From the NCBI GenBank assembly GCA_044226015.1, contig JBGAHS010000012.1:41009-105008 (forward strand): a stretch of DNA of 64,000 nucleotides, read 5' to 3'. Origin of the DNA: Candidatus Obscuribacteraceae bacterium. Its GTDB lineage: Bacteria > Cyanobacteriota > Vampirovibrionia > Obscuribacterales > Obscuribacteraceae. A program made the position numbers and the translations under genes. Below, piece by piece: positions 38,283-48,448 of the stretch; position 1 is the stretch's first letter; the number at the start of each line of letters is the position of its first letter. Under the pieces are notes generated by a model that did no database searches, was not told the origin of the DNA, and worked only from the letters and a program-made list of their open reading frames with translations.

Positions 38283-39233
38283 TTGAAAACATTCAAAGAA
38301 ATCAAACCTGGATTATTGACGCGCTCATCTCTGGCGCTGGGATTTTTCGATGGAGTGCATCCAGGACATCAGGCAGTGATCAAGAAAGCTGTTGATGAAG
38401 CTCGTATTCATGATGCGGTGCCGGCAGTTATCACTTTCAAGGAACACCCGCGTGCGTTGACTCTGGGTAAGTCTCCGCCCTTGCTGACTATGCCAGAGCA
38501 GCGACTTGAAATTTGCGAGTCGCTAGGAATCGAGGCAGCACTTCTACTTTCGTTCACAGAAGAGCTCTGTCGCCTCTCACCGCAAGATTATGTGCATCAG
38601 GTACTTCTTGAAGCCATGGGGGCTGTTTCGCTCTCAGTGGGCTATAACCATCGTTTTGGTAAAAACAGAATTGGCACACCTGATCTGCTAAGAGAAATTG
38701 GCGACAAACACGGGTATGTCGTACACGTTGCGCCGGAAGTATTGATTGATGATGAACCGGTTTCCAGTTCGCGCATTCGCGATTCGCTTGCAAAAGGTGA
38801 AGTGGAATTGACGCGACGCTTGCTGGGGCGCGCCTACACTGTGAAAGGTCCTGTGGAAAAAGGCGATGGTCGTGGGCGAACAATAGGTTTTCCGACTGCA
38901 AATGTTGCTACTCCGCCTGAGCTTATTCTTCCGGCAAATGGAGTTTATTGTGGATTTTGCAATTTGACTGGTGGCAAGACCCACCCGTGCGTAATGAATG
39001 TTGGCTTGAGACCCACTTTTGGAGACAACTTGCAAGTGCGAACTGAAGTGCATATCTTCGATTTTCACGATGACATATATGATCAAGAGCTCAACGTTCG
39101 ATTCACAAATTTCATACGGAAAGAACAGAAGTTCTCAGGCATCGAAGAATTGAAAACGCAAATTCTCAAAGACTGCGAAATGGCTCGTGCACATCTTGCT
39201 TTAGATGGACATGCTACCGCACAATTTCCATAA
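38283..39233 (+). CDS. ribF: Bifunctional riboflavin kinase / FAD synthetase
   Basis: GFFDGVHPGH, VSSSRIR, GRTIGFPTAN, NVGLRPTF and EVHIFDF. Confidence 0.96.
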   Translation: MKTFKEIKPGLLTRSSLALGFFDGVHPGHQAVIKKAVDEARIHDAVPAVITFKEHPRALTLGKSPPLLTMPEQRLEICESLGIEAALLLSFTEELCRLSPQDYVHQVLLEAMGAVSLSVGYNHRFGKNRIGTPDLLREIGDKHGYVVHVAPEVLIDDEPVSSSRIRDSLAKGEVELTRRLLGRAYTVKGPVEKGDGRGRTIGFPTANVATPPELILPANGVYCGFCNLTGGKTHPCVMNVGLRPTFGDNLQVRTEVHIFDFHDDIYDQELNVRFTNFIRKEQKFSGIEELKTQILKDCEMARAHLALDGHATAQFP

Positions 39234-39275
39234 TGTGTGAGACTTCGCGAGTCAGTTTCGGAGCCTGTTAGTGCA

Positions 39276-40502
39276 ATGAAGGCAAAATCTCTCAAGCTGA
39301 AAAACTTTCGCAATTATGTTGCCACCACTCTCGCCCTCGAGCCGGGAAAAAACATCATAATTGGCGAGAATGCTCAGGGAAAAACCAATCTATTAGAAGC
39401 TGTAGATATATTCAGTACAGGCAAATCTAGTCGCGCCTCGGAAGATCGCGAACTGGTTTTGTGGGGAACAAACCAGGCTCGCTCAGAGCTTATTTACGAA
39501 ACCAGTTCATTCGATGGTACGCTTTCCATTGATTGGACTTTGAAGGAACTTTCGGCTCCGGGAGCGGGTGGCCGTTGCCAGAAAACAATAAAAGTGAATG
39601 GCGTGACGCAAAGTTCAGTCAAGGGCTTGCTCGGACGTCTGGTTACTGTAAGTTTCTCCAGCGAAGATTTGAAGATTCTGCGTGGTGGTCCAAAATATCG
39701 CCGTGATTGGCTTGACGACATGTCTGTTCGCTTGAAGCCTAGCTTTCATGATTCCATTTCTGGTTATGCAAAATCTGTAATGCAGCGCAACAAGCTGCTC
39801 AAAACTCTGGCAGAGCGGGGGCGCTTAAACGTAAGCGATCAGGACGAACTCTTAGTTTGGGACAAGCAGATTGCTAAATACGGCACTTACGTAATCAAAA
39901 TGCGCTTGAAACTTCTGTCTGAATTATTGCCGATTGCAGAAACCCATCAATCAAAGCTCTCAAACAGCAGCGAAAAACTGACTATCGATTATGCGTTTCG
40001 CTCACAAGAAGAATCTTCAGACTTCGCTGCCGATGAGGAATCATCTGCGGAAGGCGAGCTTACCGTGAAGTCTATGGAAGAGTTGCAATCCATGGAAAAT
40101 ATAGAGCTTGCGCAGCTACTCATGCGCCTCATGAAAGATCGCCGCTGGCTCGAGTTGCGAAGAAAGCAAAGTCTGGTCGGACCACATCGCGATAATCTAA
40201 TTTTCAAACTGAACGGAGCCAACGCCGCCGCATTTGCCAGTCAGGGTCAGCAGCGCAGCATTGTGCTTTCGCTGAAAATGGCAGAGCTTATGAAGGTCTC
40301 TGACTATATTGGCGAGCCACCAATTCTTTTACTGGATGATGTACTTGCAGAACTTGATGAAAAGCGTGCCGCCATGTTGCTTTCTGCAGTGACAGGAGAG
40401 ATGCAAACAATAATGAGCACCACTCATTTGAGTGCAATTAATCAATCGTGGCTTGAAGGCGCAAACATTGTTTCTGTGCATGCAGGAGCGCTACAGGTCT
40501 AG
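39276..40502 (+). CDS. recF: DNA replication and repair protein RecF
   Basis: NFRNY, GENAQGKTN, GPHRD, SQGQQRS and LLLDDVLAELD. Likely start at ATG 39276. Confidence 0.96.
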   Translation: MKAKSLKLKNFRNYVATTLALEPGKNIIIGENAQGKTNLLEAVDIFSTGKSSRASEDRELVLWGTNQARSELIYETSSFDGTLSIDWTLKELSAPGAGGRCQKTIKVNGVTQSSVKGLLGRLVTVSFSSEDLKILRGGPKYRRDWLDDMSVRLKPSFHDSISGYAKSVMQRNKLLKTLAERGRLNVSDQDELLVWDKQIAKYGTYVIKMRLKLLSELLPIAETHQSKLSNSSEKLTIDYAFRSQEESSDFAADEESSAEGELTVKSMEELQSMENIELAQLLMRLMKDRRWLELRRKQSLVGPHRDNLIFKLNGANAAAFASQGQQRSIVLSLKMAELMKVSDYIGEPPILLLDDVLAELDEKRAAMLLSAVTGEMQTIMSTTHLSAINQSWLEGANIVSVHAGALQV

Positions 40503-40515
40503 CATCTCTTCGTGC

Positions 40516-40974
40516 CTAGGCGGATTTCACTAATGTAATGACTTGCTTCAGCTCTTGCATTCGCGCTGGTTTATCAAGTACCAACTGTATGCCAGCCTGT
40601 TTGCAACGCTCTCTGTCTTCTCGTTCCAAGCCACCAGTTAAAATGACGATTCTGCTGCTGGCTTTCATGTTTGGCAAATTCTTGATTTCAATTGCAGCTG
40701 GCACACCATCGAGTACTGGCATTTTATTGTCCAGTAGCAGTAAATCGTAGTCGCGTTCTGAAGCTTTTGTTACCGCTTCTGCTCCGTTAGGTACCCAATC
40801 AACTTCACAGCCTAGCTTCTGAAGTTGCAATGTTAAAGCTCTGGCAAGGATGTTGTTATCTTCCGCGAGCAAAACAAGAAGAGTTTGAACTGGCAGCGCT
40901 TCGCAATTCTCACTTGTGCAAGGTTGCGATATATCCGTGCTCACTAGGTACCCCCTGTAGTTTTGGCTAGCCAA
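40516..40974 (-). CDS. Stand-alone receiver-domain response regulator
   Basis: LLAEDN, LLDNKMPVLDG, ILTG and DKP. Start uncertain. Confidence 0.8.
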   Translation of the reverse strand: MASQNYRGYLVSTDISQPCTSENCEALPVQTLLVLLAEDNNILARALTLQLQKLGCEVDWVPNGAEAVTKASERDYDLLLLDNKMPVLDGVPAAIEIKNLPNMKASSRIVILTGGLEREDRERCKQAGIQLVLDKPARMQELKQVITLVKSA

Positions 40975-41128
40975 TACGTTTCGGCTTGTATGCTAATCCC
41001 CTCAATCTAATCTAAACAGAAGACAGCGCAAAAGACAGGGTTTTTGACGCACATTCATAGGCATCCCTATCATTTCTCGGGGAAACCACAGATGCTATCG
41101 TTACAATTTAGCCTGCAATCATGTCTGG

Positions 41129-41599
41129 CTAAGCGTCTTCAAGTTCATGTATATTCAACTTGACCATTTTGAATAGCGCTTGATTGACTCGCTCTCTTTG
41201 CTGCATCGCCCTCACTCATCAGCTTTTTCAGTTGCTTCGGAATGATTTGCCAGGAGACAGCAAACTTACCTGTAAGCCAACCACATCTTGACTCTGCTCC
41301 GCCCGCTGAAAGTTTAGTCCAGTAAGAATCAATCTCGTCCTGCGTTTCGCAGAACACCATGAAGCTGATAGCAGGAGATAGCTGAAAAATCGGACCCCAT
41401 TTAGAAGAACAAATTTATCGCCATTAAGCGACACTTCCACTGTCATGACAGAACCTGCCGCCCGACCAGACACTTTAGACCCCGATTCTGAGTATCTGGC
41501 GGTGTCAATTATTTTAGAGTTCGGAAAAATCGATGTATAAAAGTTGGCGGCTTCCTCCGCCTTATCGCTAAGCCATATACAGGATGCGATTGCTTGCAT
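41129..41599 (-). pseudogene. VOC/PhnB-family (3-demethylubiquinone methyltransferase-like) gene with two frameshifts
   Basis: AEEAANFYTSIF...LNG, shift at the G4 run 41395-41398, then GPIFQLSPAISF...CGWL..KF.VSWQI, second shift at the AG repeat near 41195, then RVNQALFKMVKLNIHELEDA-stop. Confidence 0.8.
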
Positions 41600-41722
41600 T
41601 TCCTAATCCTTTTTTGCGGAAGGAAAGGATAGCAAATTTAGTGTTCTGCCCTGTAGTCGAATTCTGACTAAGTTCAGCGTGACATGATAATATCTGTTCT
41701 CTTATAGGTTGGAGAGAGCCGC

Positions 41723-42526
41723 ATGATAGACAGTTACGGGAGCGGAGTAGTCCTTGTTATTGGCAGCACAATAGCGTCAATTGTCGGGTTATTGCTGGCA
41801 CGCAAGTTTGTACATCTTGACCAATTGAAAGCTACACACGAAGTTGGCGGCTATTTGTTATCAGTTGTTGGAACAATGTATGCGGTCCTTCTTGGTCTAG
41901 TGGTAGTTGATGCAATGGGCAAGTTTCAGCAAGGAATTGCTATAGCTGAAACTGAAGCAAATTCTGTTGCAGACATATTTTTGCTTGCCGAGCGAATGCC
42001 TAAAGATCGTGCTGAGAAGGTACAGCGAATCTGTTACGACTATGTTGATCGAGTCATTAGCGAGGAATGGAAGCTGATGGACAAAGGGTGCATATGTCCA
42101 AGAGCTCGAAAACTTGCAATATCCATGGTGCGTGCAGTACGCGATTGGGAGCCCGTTTCGGAAAGTGAAAAAGCTATTTATGCTCAGGCTCTCTCGGAGT
42201 CCTGCCAGGTCTGGGACAGCCGACGTGCTAGAACAAATATGTCTCAGCACACAATTCCAACTTTGGAATGGGTAGTCCTGGTTATTGGTGGTGTCATCAC
42301 TGTTGTATTTACCTTTTTCTTTGGACTGGAAAATTTGCGTGCTCAAGTCTTGATGACTTCGCTAGTAAGTCTCATTATTTCGCTCAATATGTTTCTTGTG
42401 TTGATGTTTGGCTATCCATTTTCAGGCGAACTGAAAGTTTCATCAGATGCATTCGAGCTGGACAAAAAGATCTTTGACAATCAGCTTGGCTTTCATCGCA
42501 GCGGAGAGCCGGCTGACGCGAGCTGA
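41723..42526 (+). CDS. DUF4239 / bestrophin-like membrane protein
   Basis: VVGTMYAVLLGLVVV, EANSVADI, YVDRVISEEW, RRAR, W.VL and YPFSG pattern with four TM helices. Confidence 0.8.
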   Translation: MIDSYGSGVVLVIGSTIASIVGLLLARKFVHLDQLKATHEVGGYLLSVVGTMYAVLLGLVVVDAMGKFQQGIAIAETEANSVADIFLLAERMPKDRAEKVQRICYDYVDRVISEEWKLMDKGCICPRARKLAISMVRAVRDWEPVSESEKAIYAQALSESCQVWDSRRARTNMSQHTIPTLEWVVLVIGGVITVVFTFFFGLENLRAQVLMTSLVSLIISLNMFLVLMFGYPFSGELKVSSDAFELDKKIFDNQLGFHRSGEPADAS

Positions 42527-42715
42527 GACCTTCATTTGCACTTCAACTCTTTTCTTTAAATTGACCCAAAAATTTATCCCGAATTGCGCGGGTGACTTCG
42601 TTTAATGTGGTACATTAACAATAGTTAAAGTTGTTTTGGTGGAATCGGAGGCTGCTTAGCACATATTGGGTTTGTAGGGTGGGGACCCTACAGGTGAAGC
42701 GTTTTCGGACGCATC

Positions 42716-44281
42716 TTGGGTTGTTTGAGAGCAAAACTGGTGTCAATTGAAGATTTAACTGGAACGATCGTGCGGAAAATCTGCATGGCCTGTAGCCGCG
42801 AATTCGCAGGCTCATCAGGTACGTGTCCGCACGATGGGAATTTACTCGTACCTCTACCTCAAGATCCATATGTCGGTCGCCGAATTTCTGAGAAGTACCA
42901 GGTGCTATCTGTGCTCGGAACCGGTGGCATGGGGGTCGTGTATCTGGCTCGCCACGAAACAATGCAATGCAATGTCGCGATAAAGATGCTTCGTGCGCAG
43001 TTTGCTGGTGACCAAATAAGTGTCAAGCGGTTTACGCAAGAAGCTATCGCTGCACGTCGTCTCACTCACCCTAATGTGATTACAACTTACGACCATGGGT
43101 TTACTCCGCAGGGACAGCCCTACATTGTGATGGATTGTTTACAGGGTGCTAGCCTTGCAGAAGAAATCAAAAAGCACAAACAAATTAGTGTTGAACGAGT
43201 CTTGCATATCTTTGATCAGGCTTGTGACGCGCTTGATCACGCCCACAAGCAGGGGGTTATTCACCGCGACTTGAAGCCGGGCAACCTGATGTTGATAAAT
43301 TACAATGGTGACCCCGACTTTGTAAAAGTCGTAGATTTTGGTGTGGCAAAAGTTTTGCCCATTAATGACGAGAACGCACAGACGCTTACCCAGACTGGTG
43401 AAGTTTGCGGAAGTCCAGTGTACATGAGTCCTGAGCAGTGCCTCGGGCAGGGGCTCGATCGTCGAGCAGACATCTATTCAATGGGAATTGTCATCTATGA
43501 AGCTTTGATTGGAAAGGTTCCTCTGATGGGTAAGAGCATGGTCGAGACCATGTCGAAGCACATCAACGAATCGCCTCCACCGTTCAAAACTGTGCGTCCT
43601 GATCTTTATATTCCTGAGCGACTTGAACAAGTCGTAATGCGAGCACTCGCTAAGAAACCAGAGAATCGCCAACAGAGCATGGCAATGTTGCGTCAGGAAC
43701 TAATGATGGCGCTTCCGAAGCCGGGTCAGAATCAGAACCTGAGAAGTGTAGCAACCAATGTAGGTCTGCCACCCGAAGTAGAAGAAAAGCCGATGCCACC
43801 TTGGGTGGTGCCTGCTGTTTCTGCTGCAGTTGCATCTATTACATTTACTGCGGGCGTGTTGTTCTTCATGCACCCCCAGGCACCTCAAGCGCCCCATGCG
43901 CCTAACGCCGCAGTGGCACCTGCGGGCACGCAGCCTGCGCAGACCACTTCGAGTGCTTTGCCACCTGTTAGCGTTTCGCCAAATGCGGCGATACAGAGAA
44001 TGCAGCAAGCCAATGTAACACCAGTGACACCTGTTAAACCTGTGACTACTGCTAAACCTGCTCCAGTGAAAACCGTTCAGGTTGAGCCGTCGATAGTAAA
44101 ACCAGTTCGTACTCCGGTGCTGGCATCAGTGAAGCCAAAGCCTACGCGAACGGCTAAAGCGGCGCGTCCGCCAGCGGCAAAAATCGCAGACTCATCATTT
44201 AAGAAGCCAGTAAAGCGTGAAGATCCATTTGCTACGCTTTTGAAATCTAGAACGTATCCGACAGCCAATTCAAACCCGTAA
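42716..44281 (+). CDS. Hanks-type Ser/Thr kinase with an N-terminal Cys/His zinc-ribbon, a TM helix and a Pro-rich tail
   Basis: CMAC...CPHDG, GTGGMGVVY, HRDLKPGN, DFGVAK and GSPVYMSPEQ. The start may be GTG 42770. Confidence 0.93.
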   Translation: MGCLRAKLVSIEDLTGTIVRKICMACSREFAGSSGTCPHDGNLLVPLPQDPYVGRRISEKYQVLSVLGTGGMGVVYLARHETMQCNVAIKMLRAQFAGDQISVKRFTQEAIAARRLTHPNVITTYDHGFTPQGQPYIVMDCLQGASLAEEIKKHKQISVERVLHIFDQACDALDHAHKQGVIHRDLKPGNLMLINYNGDPDFVKVVDFGVAKVLPINDENAQTLTQTGEVCGSPVYMSPEQCLGQGLDRRADIYSMGIVIYEALIGKVPLMGKSMVETMSKHINESPPPFKTVRPDLYIPERLEQVVMRALAKKPENRQQSMAMLRQELMMALPKPGQNQNLRSVATNVGLPPEVEEKPMPPWVVPAVSAAVASITFTAGVLFFMHPQAPQAPHAPNAAVAPAGTQPAQTTSSALPPVSVSPNAAIQRMQQANVTPVTPVKPVTTAKPAPVKTVQVEPSIVKPVRTPVLASVKPKPTRTAKAARPPAAKIADSSFKKPVKREDPFATLLKSRTYPTANSNP

Positions 44282-44358
44282 TTCGGATTATTCTGAGCAC
44301 TGGGAATCATATCTCGAGCTTGACGGATTTCGGGGGAATCTCGCAGGCTTCTTACACT

Positions 44359-45162
44359 TTATCTGGACATACTCGCTTCGATTTGTCTTGAGCGTTCGAC
44401 AAATCGCTTAACCTTCTCTGTTTCCAGACCATTTTGCCAATTGCCGCCTTCTTTTAGAGATGAGCCGATTATGATGGCATCAGACCAGGGCTGAAACTTC
44501 TGTACATTCTGTTCGCTCACGCCAGAGCCTACGATCACGTGGCAATTTACTGCTCTGCGAACTGATTCTACTTCGGCGGGCTCTGGTGCATGGCCTGTGT
44601 GTGCACCTGTCACCACCACGCCGTCTGCTTTGAAAAATTCAGCTGCGACCGCTGTTTCAGTCAAGCTGACATCGCTAGTTATTGCATGTGCGGAATGTTT
44701 TTTCTTTATGTCTGCAAATATTTTTACACGCTCAGCTTTTAGCGACCAGCGTCTGCGTATGAGTTCTGCCGCGCACGATTCCTGATAGCCCTCGTCACCA
44801 ACGTGGGCAAACACAAAGCCTTCAACGCGAATGAAGTCTAGCCCTGCTGCGACGGCTGCTGCGAGTGCCTCTACATTGGCTCCGGCCAGCAATTGGATAC
44901 CCAAAGGCATCTGTGTCTCATACTTAATTGCAGAGGCAATTACTGCCATAGCTGCGCTTGTCTCCGGGTCGACATAGCCCTTTCTAAATGGAACGTCGTG
45001 CATATTCTCGAGAAGGATGGCATCAAATCCGTTCTCTTTGTATGTCATCGCTTCGTCCAATCCTGATGCCATGATTCTGTCAATCGAGCCGTCAAAGCCT
45101 GCTGCTCCTGGAAGTGGTTTCAGATGAACCATACCTATCATTGAACATTTGCGATTGAACAT
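44359..45162 (-). CDS. btpA: BtpA/SgcQ family TIM-barrel protein
   Basis: IGMVHLKPLPG, ENMHDVPF, FIRVEGF, ADIKKKHS and VTGAHTG. ATG 45162 follows an AGGA RBS. Confidence 0.9.
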   Translation of the reverse strand: MFNRKCSMIGMVHLKPLPGAAGFDGSIDRIMASGLDEAMTYKENGFDAILLENMHDVPFRKGYVDPETSAAMAVIASAIKYETQMPLGIQLLAGANVEALAAAVAAGLDFIRVEGFVFAHVGDEGYQESCAAELIRRRWSLKAERVKIFADIKKKHSAHAITSDVSLTETAVAAEFFKADGVVVTGAHTGHAPEPAEVESVRRAVNCHVIVGSGVSEQNVQKFQPWSDAIIIGSSLKEGGNWQNGLETEKVKRFVERSRQIEASMSR

Positions 45163-45201
45163 TTTCTGAGTTCCTTTCCTGTGGTATCGAATGTGGTTTC
45201 G

Positions 45202-45262
45202 AAACGTGCTGCCAGATTCAAAGCGTGCTGCCAGATTCAAAACGTGTTGCCAGATTCAAAAC
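45202..45262. repeat. 19-bp tandem repeat x3 at the kynB stop
   Basis: aaacgtgctgccagattca / aagcgtgctgccagattca / aaacgtgttgccagattca. Confidence 0.9.
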
Positions 45263-45924
45263 TTGAGCAGAACTGCTCTAACCGGAGATGCTTCCAGTTC
45301 CATAAATTTTATTGGGAATGCTATGAGTAGATATTCGCCTTCTTCTGCGTTTGTCAGGTCGAGATTTTCTAGCCATGTCATTTTCGCCTTGTCTAGCTCG
45401 TGATGAGCCTCAAGTGTTTTCGAATTGATGTGGTCGGCAGACGGAGTATCTATGCCGATTAACTTGACTCCGCGTTTTGACAATTCTTGCACAAGTTCTG
45501 GAGTAAAGAATGAATAATCATCCTCGAAAACTTCGTAGCGAATTTTCTCTTTGGTTTTGAAAAGCATTCGCTCGGGCAGCCTGTCTGTGTTCATGTTTAG
45601 TGCCTCAAGTCTGGACTTCACCATTGCCCAGCTGATGCCATCGTTCGTCGGTGCAAGATTTAGCACTAACACTGGTCCAATGAAGGGCTCTAGCGGCAGG
45701 GCACCAACCATGTCTTGCCCGCTGGTGAGGTCACCTTTTATGTGCGATGGCGCATCGACATGAGTGCCAACGTGAGGGCTCATAGTCAACGCCGTGAGGT
45801 TAACCACTTGCGATTTTTCGTAAGTCAAAACGATTTCACGTGTGAAATGGGTGTCTCCAGGAAACACTGCACTGTCAGCTTTGACAGGTTGTGATATGTC
45901 GATTAGTTTCTTGTATTGCAACAT
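45256..45924 (-). CDS. kynB: Kynurenine formamidase (metal-dependent cyclase family)
   Basis: VFPGD, PHVGTHVDAPSH (HxGTHxDxPxH), GIDTPS, LENLDL and ASPVRAVL. Lies in the kynurenine operon. Confidence 0.88.
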   Translation of the reverse strand: MLQYKKLIDISQPVKADSAVFPGDTHFTREIVLTYEKSQVVNLTALTMSPHVGTHVDAPSHIKGDLTSGQDMVGALPLEPFIGPVLVLNLAPTNDGISWAMVKSRLEALNMNTDRLPERMLFKTKEKIRYEVFEDDYSFFTPELVQELSKRGVKLIGIDTPSADHINSKTLEAHHELDKAKMTWLENLDLTNAEEGEYLLIAFPIKFMELEASPVRAVLLKF

Positions 45925-45928
45925 ATGT

Positions 45929-46981
45929 CTAGAGGCTTGCGAGTTCTGGAACTTCGAAGTGATATACAAAATTGAGATGCTTCAATCTGTTCTCGCGGCG
46001 TTTGCCAGGCTGCAAGAGTTTCAATTTGTCCAATAGTTCAAGCGCAATAAGACTGAAATAGCGTGGGTCATCTCCTGAAGATGACTTGATGAAAATTCCT
46101 AGCCCGGTGGGGTAGCGTTTGCAGGGCGAGACTCCGATGGTGATGATGCCGTCTGCGCCTTCTTTTGCAAGCAGCACAGCTTCGTTTATATCAGTGTATT
46201 TGCCCTGCATCAATTCGGTGTCGAAGCGCTCGTCGCCGCCCACATATTGTGGGTATTTGCTCATATAGCGTTTGAGATGATCGAACTCTGCAACCTGCGC
46301 TTTCACATCGTCATCTGTTGGAGCGGGAAGTCCCAGCGTGTCGTATGGGCTAGCGAGTTGATGGTAGAGTCTGGCTATTTCAAAGGCTTTGAATGCATAG
46401 TTTGGCAGTCGGCATCCATCTGTTGTTTGCGGAATTTCCTTCCAATTTAGTTGAAGGAAATGAGCCATCATCTTTTTCATTCTGTCGAAATGAGCTTGGT
46501 CTGGCTCAAGATAGTGCGAATAATCTTTGCCGTCAGCTTTCAAAGCCATAACGAAGCCGAGGTGTTTGCCACTACAGCATCCCCAACGCGCTGTAGGCGC
46601 TTTCTTAGCGGCGCGGCACGCCAGCCGAATGTCAGGGTTCACCGGATAGAGGGGAGTGTTTTGCAATACGCTGTCATCGAGATGCGATATCGCCTCCATT
46701 TCATCCAGTGCTTTGAGATGAAAATCCTGAGCACTATGTGAAGAGAGCATGAGTGCATAGTGGCGATCTTCGAGCGCTGGATAATGTTCTCTCAAAATAT
46801 GAAGATGGTCGAGTAGCTGGAATGGCTTCAAGCAAGATCTGCTCCAGTATTTTGCATTTTGGTCGCCGACACTGACGAGTGTTCGACCAGCCCCGTCAAC
46901 CACCGACATGGTGCCATATATCACCACTTCTGGTATCGAGCTTCTTTCTATTGTCAAAAGTGGTTCGTAGGGTAAGGACAT
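45929..46981 (-). CDS. L-asparaginase II (Rhizobium AnsA-type) family protein
   Basis: RSCLKPFQ (RSxxKP), SSHSA, CSGKH, DGC and AKEGADG motifs. Confidence 0.8.
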   Translation of the reverse strand: MSLPYEPLLTIERSSIPEVVIYGTMSVVDGAGRTLVSVGDQNAKYWSRSCLKPFQLLDHLHILREHYPALEDRHYALMLSSHSAQDFHLKALDEMEAISHLDDSVLQNTPLYPVNPDIRLACRAAKKAPTARWGCCSGKHLGFVMALKADGKDYSHYLEPDQAHFDRMKKMMAHFLQLNWKEIPQTTDGCRLPNYAFKAFEIARLYHQLASPYDTLGLPAPTDDDVKAQVAEFDHLKRYMSKYPQYVGGDERFDTELMQGKYTDINEAVLLAKEGADGIITIGVSPCKRYPTGLGIFIKSSSGDDPRYFSLIALELLDKLKLLQPGKRRENRLKHLNFVYHFEVPELASL

Positions 46982-46999
46982 GGTTACTCCGTTTGAGTG

Positions 47000-48433
47000 T
47001 TAATGGCTGCCAACTGTTTGCAATTGAGAAACGTATGGTGCAAGAAGTGGTTTGAGCTTCTCGTCTATCAGTTTCTCTGCTTTTTTCAAATCAACTTGTT
47101 CTGGGTCATGGAGGTCGTCACAAAGTTCGGAGAGAATCTCATCGTCTTTGCTGCCAACATCCATAGCCACTTTATATGGAATGTTGCTGAAGGTCACCAG
47201 CGAATATCGAGAAACATAGCGACCTGGGAATTCGCGCTGAAGAACTTTTTCCACAGCCTTCTGCATCAGGAAATTCTTATCGCTTACCTTGTCTCTCATT
47301 TCGACAAAGTTTTCGACAGCCATATCGGCAATAGCATCTGTGTTTTGCTTACGGGAAAGGAAGAAAGATTCAAATAGATTCTCCCAATCCATCTTGTCGC
47401 CATTTTTCTTTTGCTGCTCTTCCAGCATTTGATCGAACACTGTGCAATCTTCAAAACCGCAATTCATGCCCTGTCCGAAGAAGGGGACGATACCATGGGC
47501 GGCATCACCGACCAAGAGTGCTTTGCCGGTCGAGTTCCAGGGGTGAGCTTTTACTGTGACCATATGTCCGGTGGGGTTGCTCTTGAATGTTTCAACGAGA
47601 TTGTCTAAAAGCGGCACGGCATCTGGGAAAAACTTATTGAAGAAGTTTTCGATGCTCTTATCGTCATTCAAGTGCTCAAAGCTAATCAACCCCTGGAATG
47701 GCAAAAACAGCGTGACTGTATAACTTCCTTCGAAATTTGGCAAAGCGATCAGCATGAAGTTGCCGCGGGGCCAAATGTGGAGAGCATGCTTTTCCAATTT
47801 GAACGAGCCATCGGCGTTCGGTGTAATCAGAAGTTCCTTATATCCATATTCAAGCGCTTTCTCTTCACAGGCATATCCATTTCCCTGAAGCATCTCGTGC
47901 CTAATTGCTGAAGCAGAGCCGTCGGTTCCGATGACCCGGCTGTAAGTGTGAGTCTCTACGTCTCTACTCTGTTCATCGAGAATGCTTAGCTCTCCAGTTT
48001 TCAGGTTTAGTCCACATGCTTTCTTGTTGAAATAGATTTTTACGTCACCGGACTTCTCTGCGTGTGTCATCAGAGCTTTGTTAAGTGTTGCTCTCGAAAT
48101 ACTATTGATGCACTCCTGGTCGTTCATGCCGTAAGGCTGATATGTAAGCTCGCCATCCACTGCATGCATCATTCTTCCGCGCATCGGAACAGCCTGCGAG
48201 AGAATTTCGTCGGCCAGTCCCAGTCGGCGCAGCGCATTTATACCGCGTGTCGAAATCGCCAGGTTAATCGAACGCCCTGCGCTAATTTCCGCTACTCTCA
48301 TGTCTGGTCGACGCTCAAAAATATCAACTTTGAAATCGCGACGCGCCAGGTAAATTCCCAGGAGAGACCCTACCAGTCCTGCTCCAACCAGGGCGATTCT
48401 GTCCTTCGTATTTTCGGAAACGGTTTCGGTCAT
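47000..48433 (-). CDS. kmo: Kynurenine 3-monooxygenase
   Basis: GAGLVG, GRSINLAISTRG, GYKEL, LHIWPRG, MLIALPN and GDAAHGIVPFFGQGMNCGFED. Confidence 0.96.
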   Translation of the reverse strand: MTETVSENTKDRIALVGAGLVGSLLGIYLARRDFKVDIFERRPDMRVAEISAGRSINLAISTRGINALRRLGLADEILSQAVPMRGRMMHAVDGELTYQPYGMNDQECINSISRATLNKALMTHAEKSGDVKIYFNKKACGLNLKTGELSILDEQSRDVETHTYSRVIGTDGSASAIRHEMLQGNGYACEEKALEYGYKELLITPNADGSFKLEKHALHIWPRGNFMLIALPNFEGSYTVTLFLPFQGLISFEHLNDDKSIENFFNKFFPDAVPLLDNLVETFKSNPTGHMVTVKAHPWNSTGKALLVGDAAHGIVPFFGQGMNCGFEDCTVFDQMLEEQQKKNGDKMDWENLFESFFLSRKQNTDAIADMAVENFVEMRDKVSDKNFLMQKAVEKVLQREFPGRYVSRYSLVTFSNIPYKVAMDVGSKDDEILSELCDDLHDPEQVDLKKAEKLIDEKLKPLLAPYVSQLQTVGSH

Positions 48434-48448
48434 GGCTGCAACCTCTGT

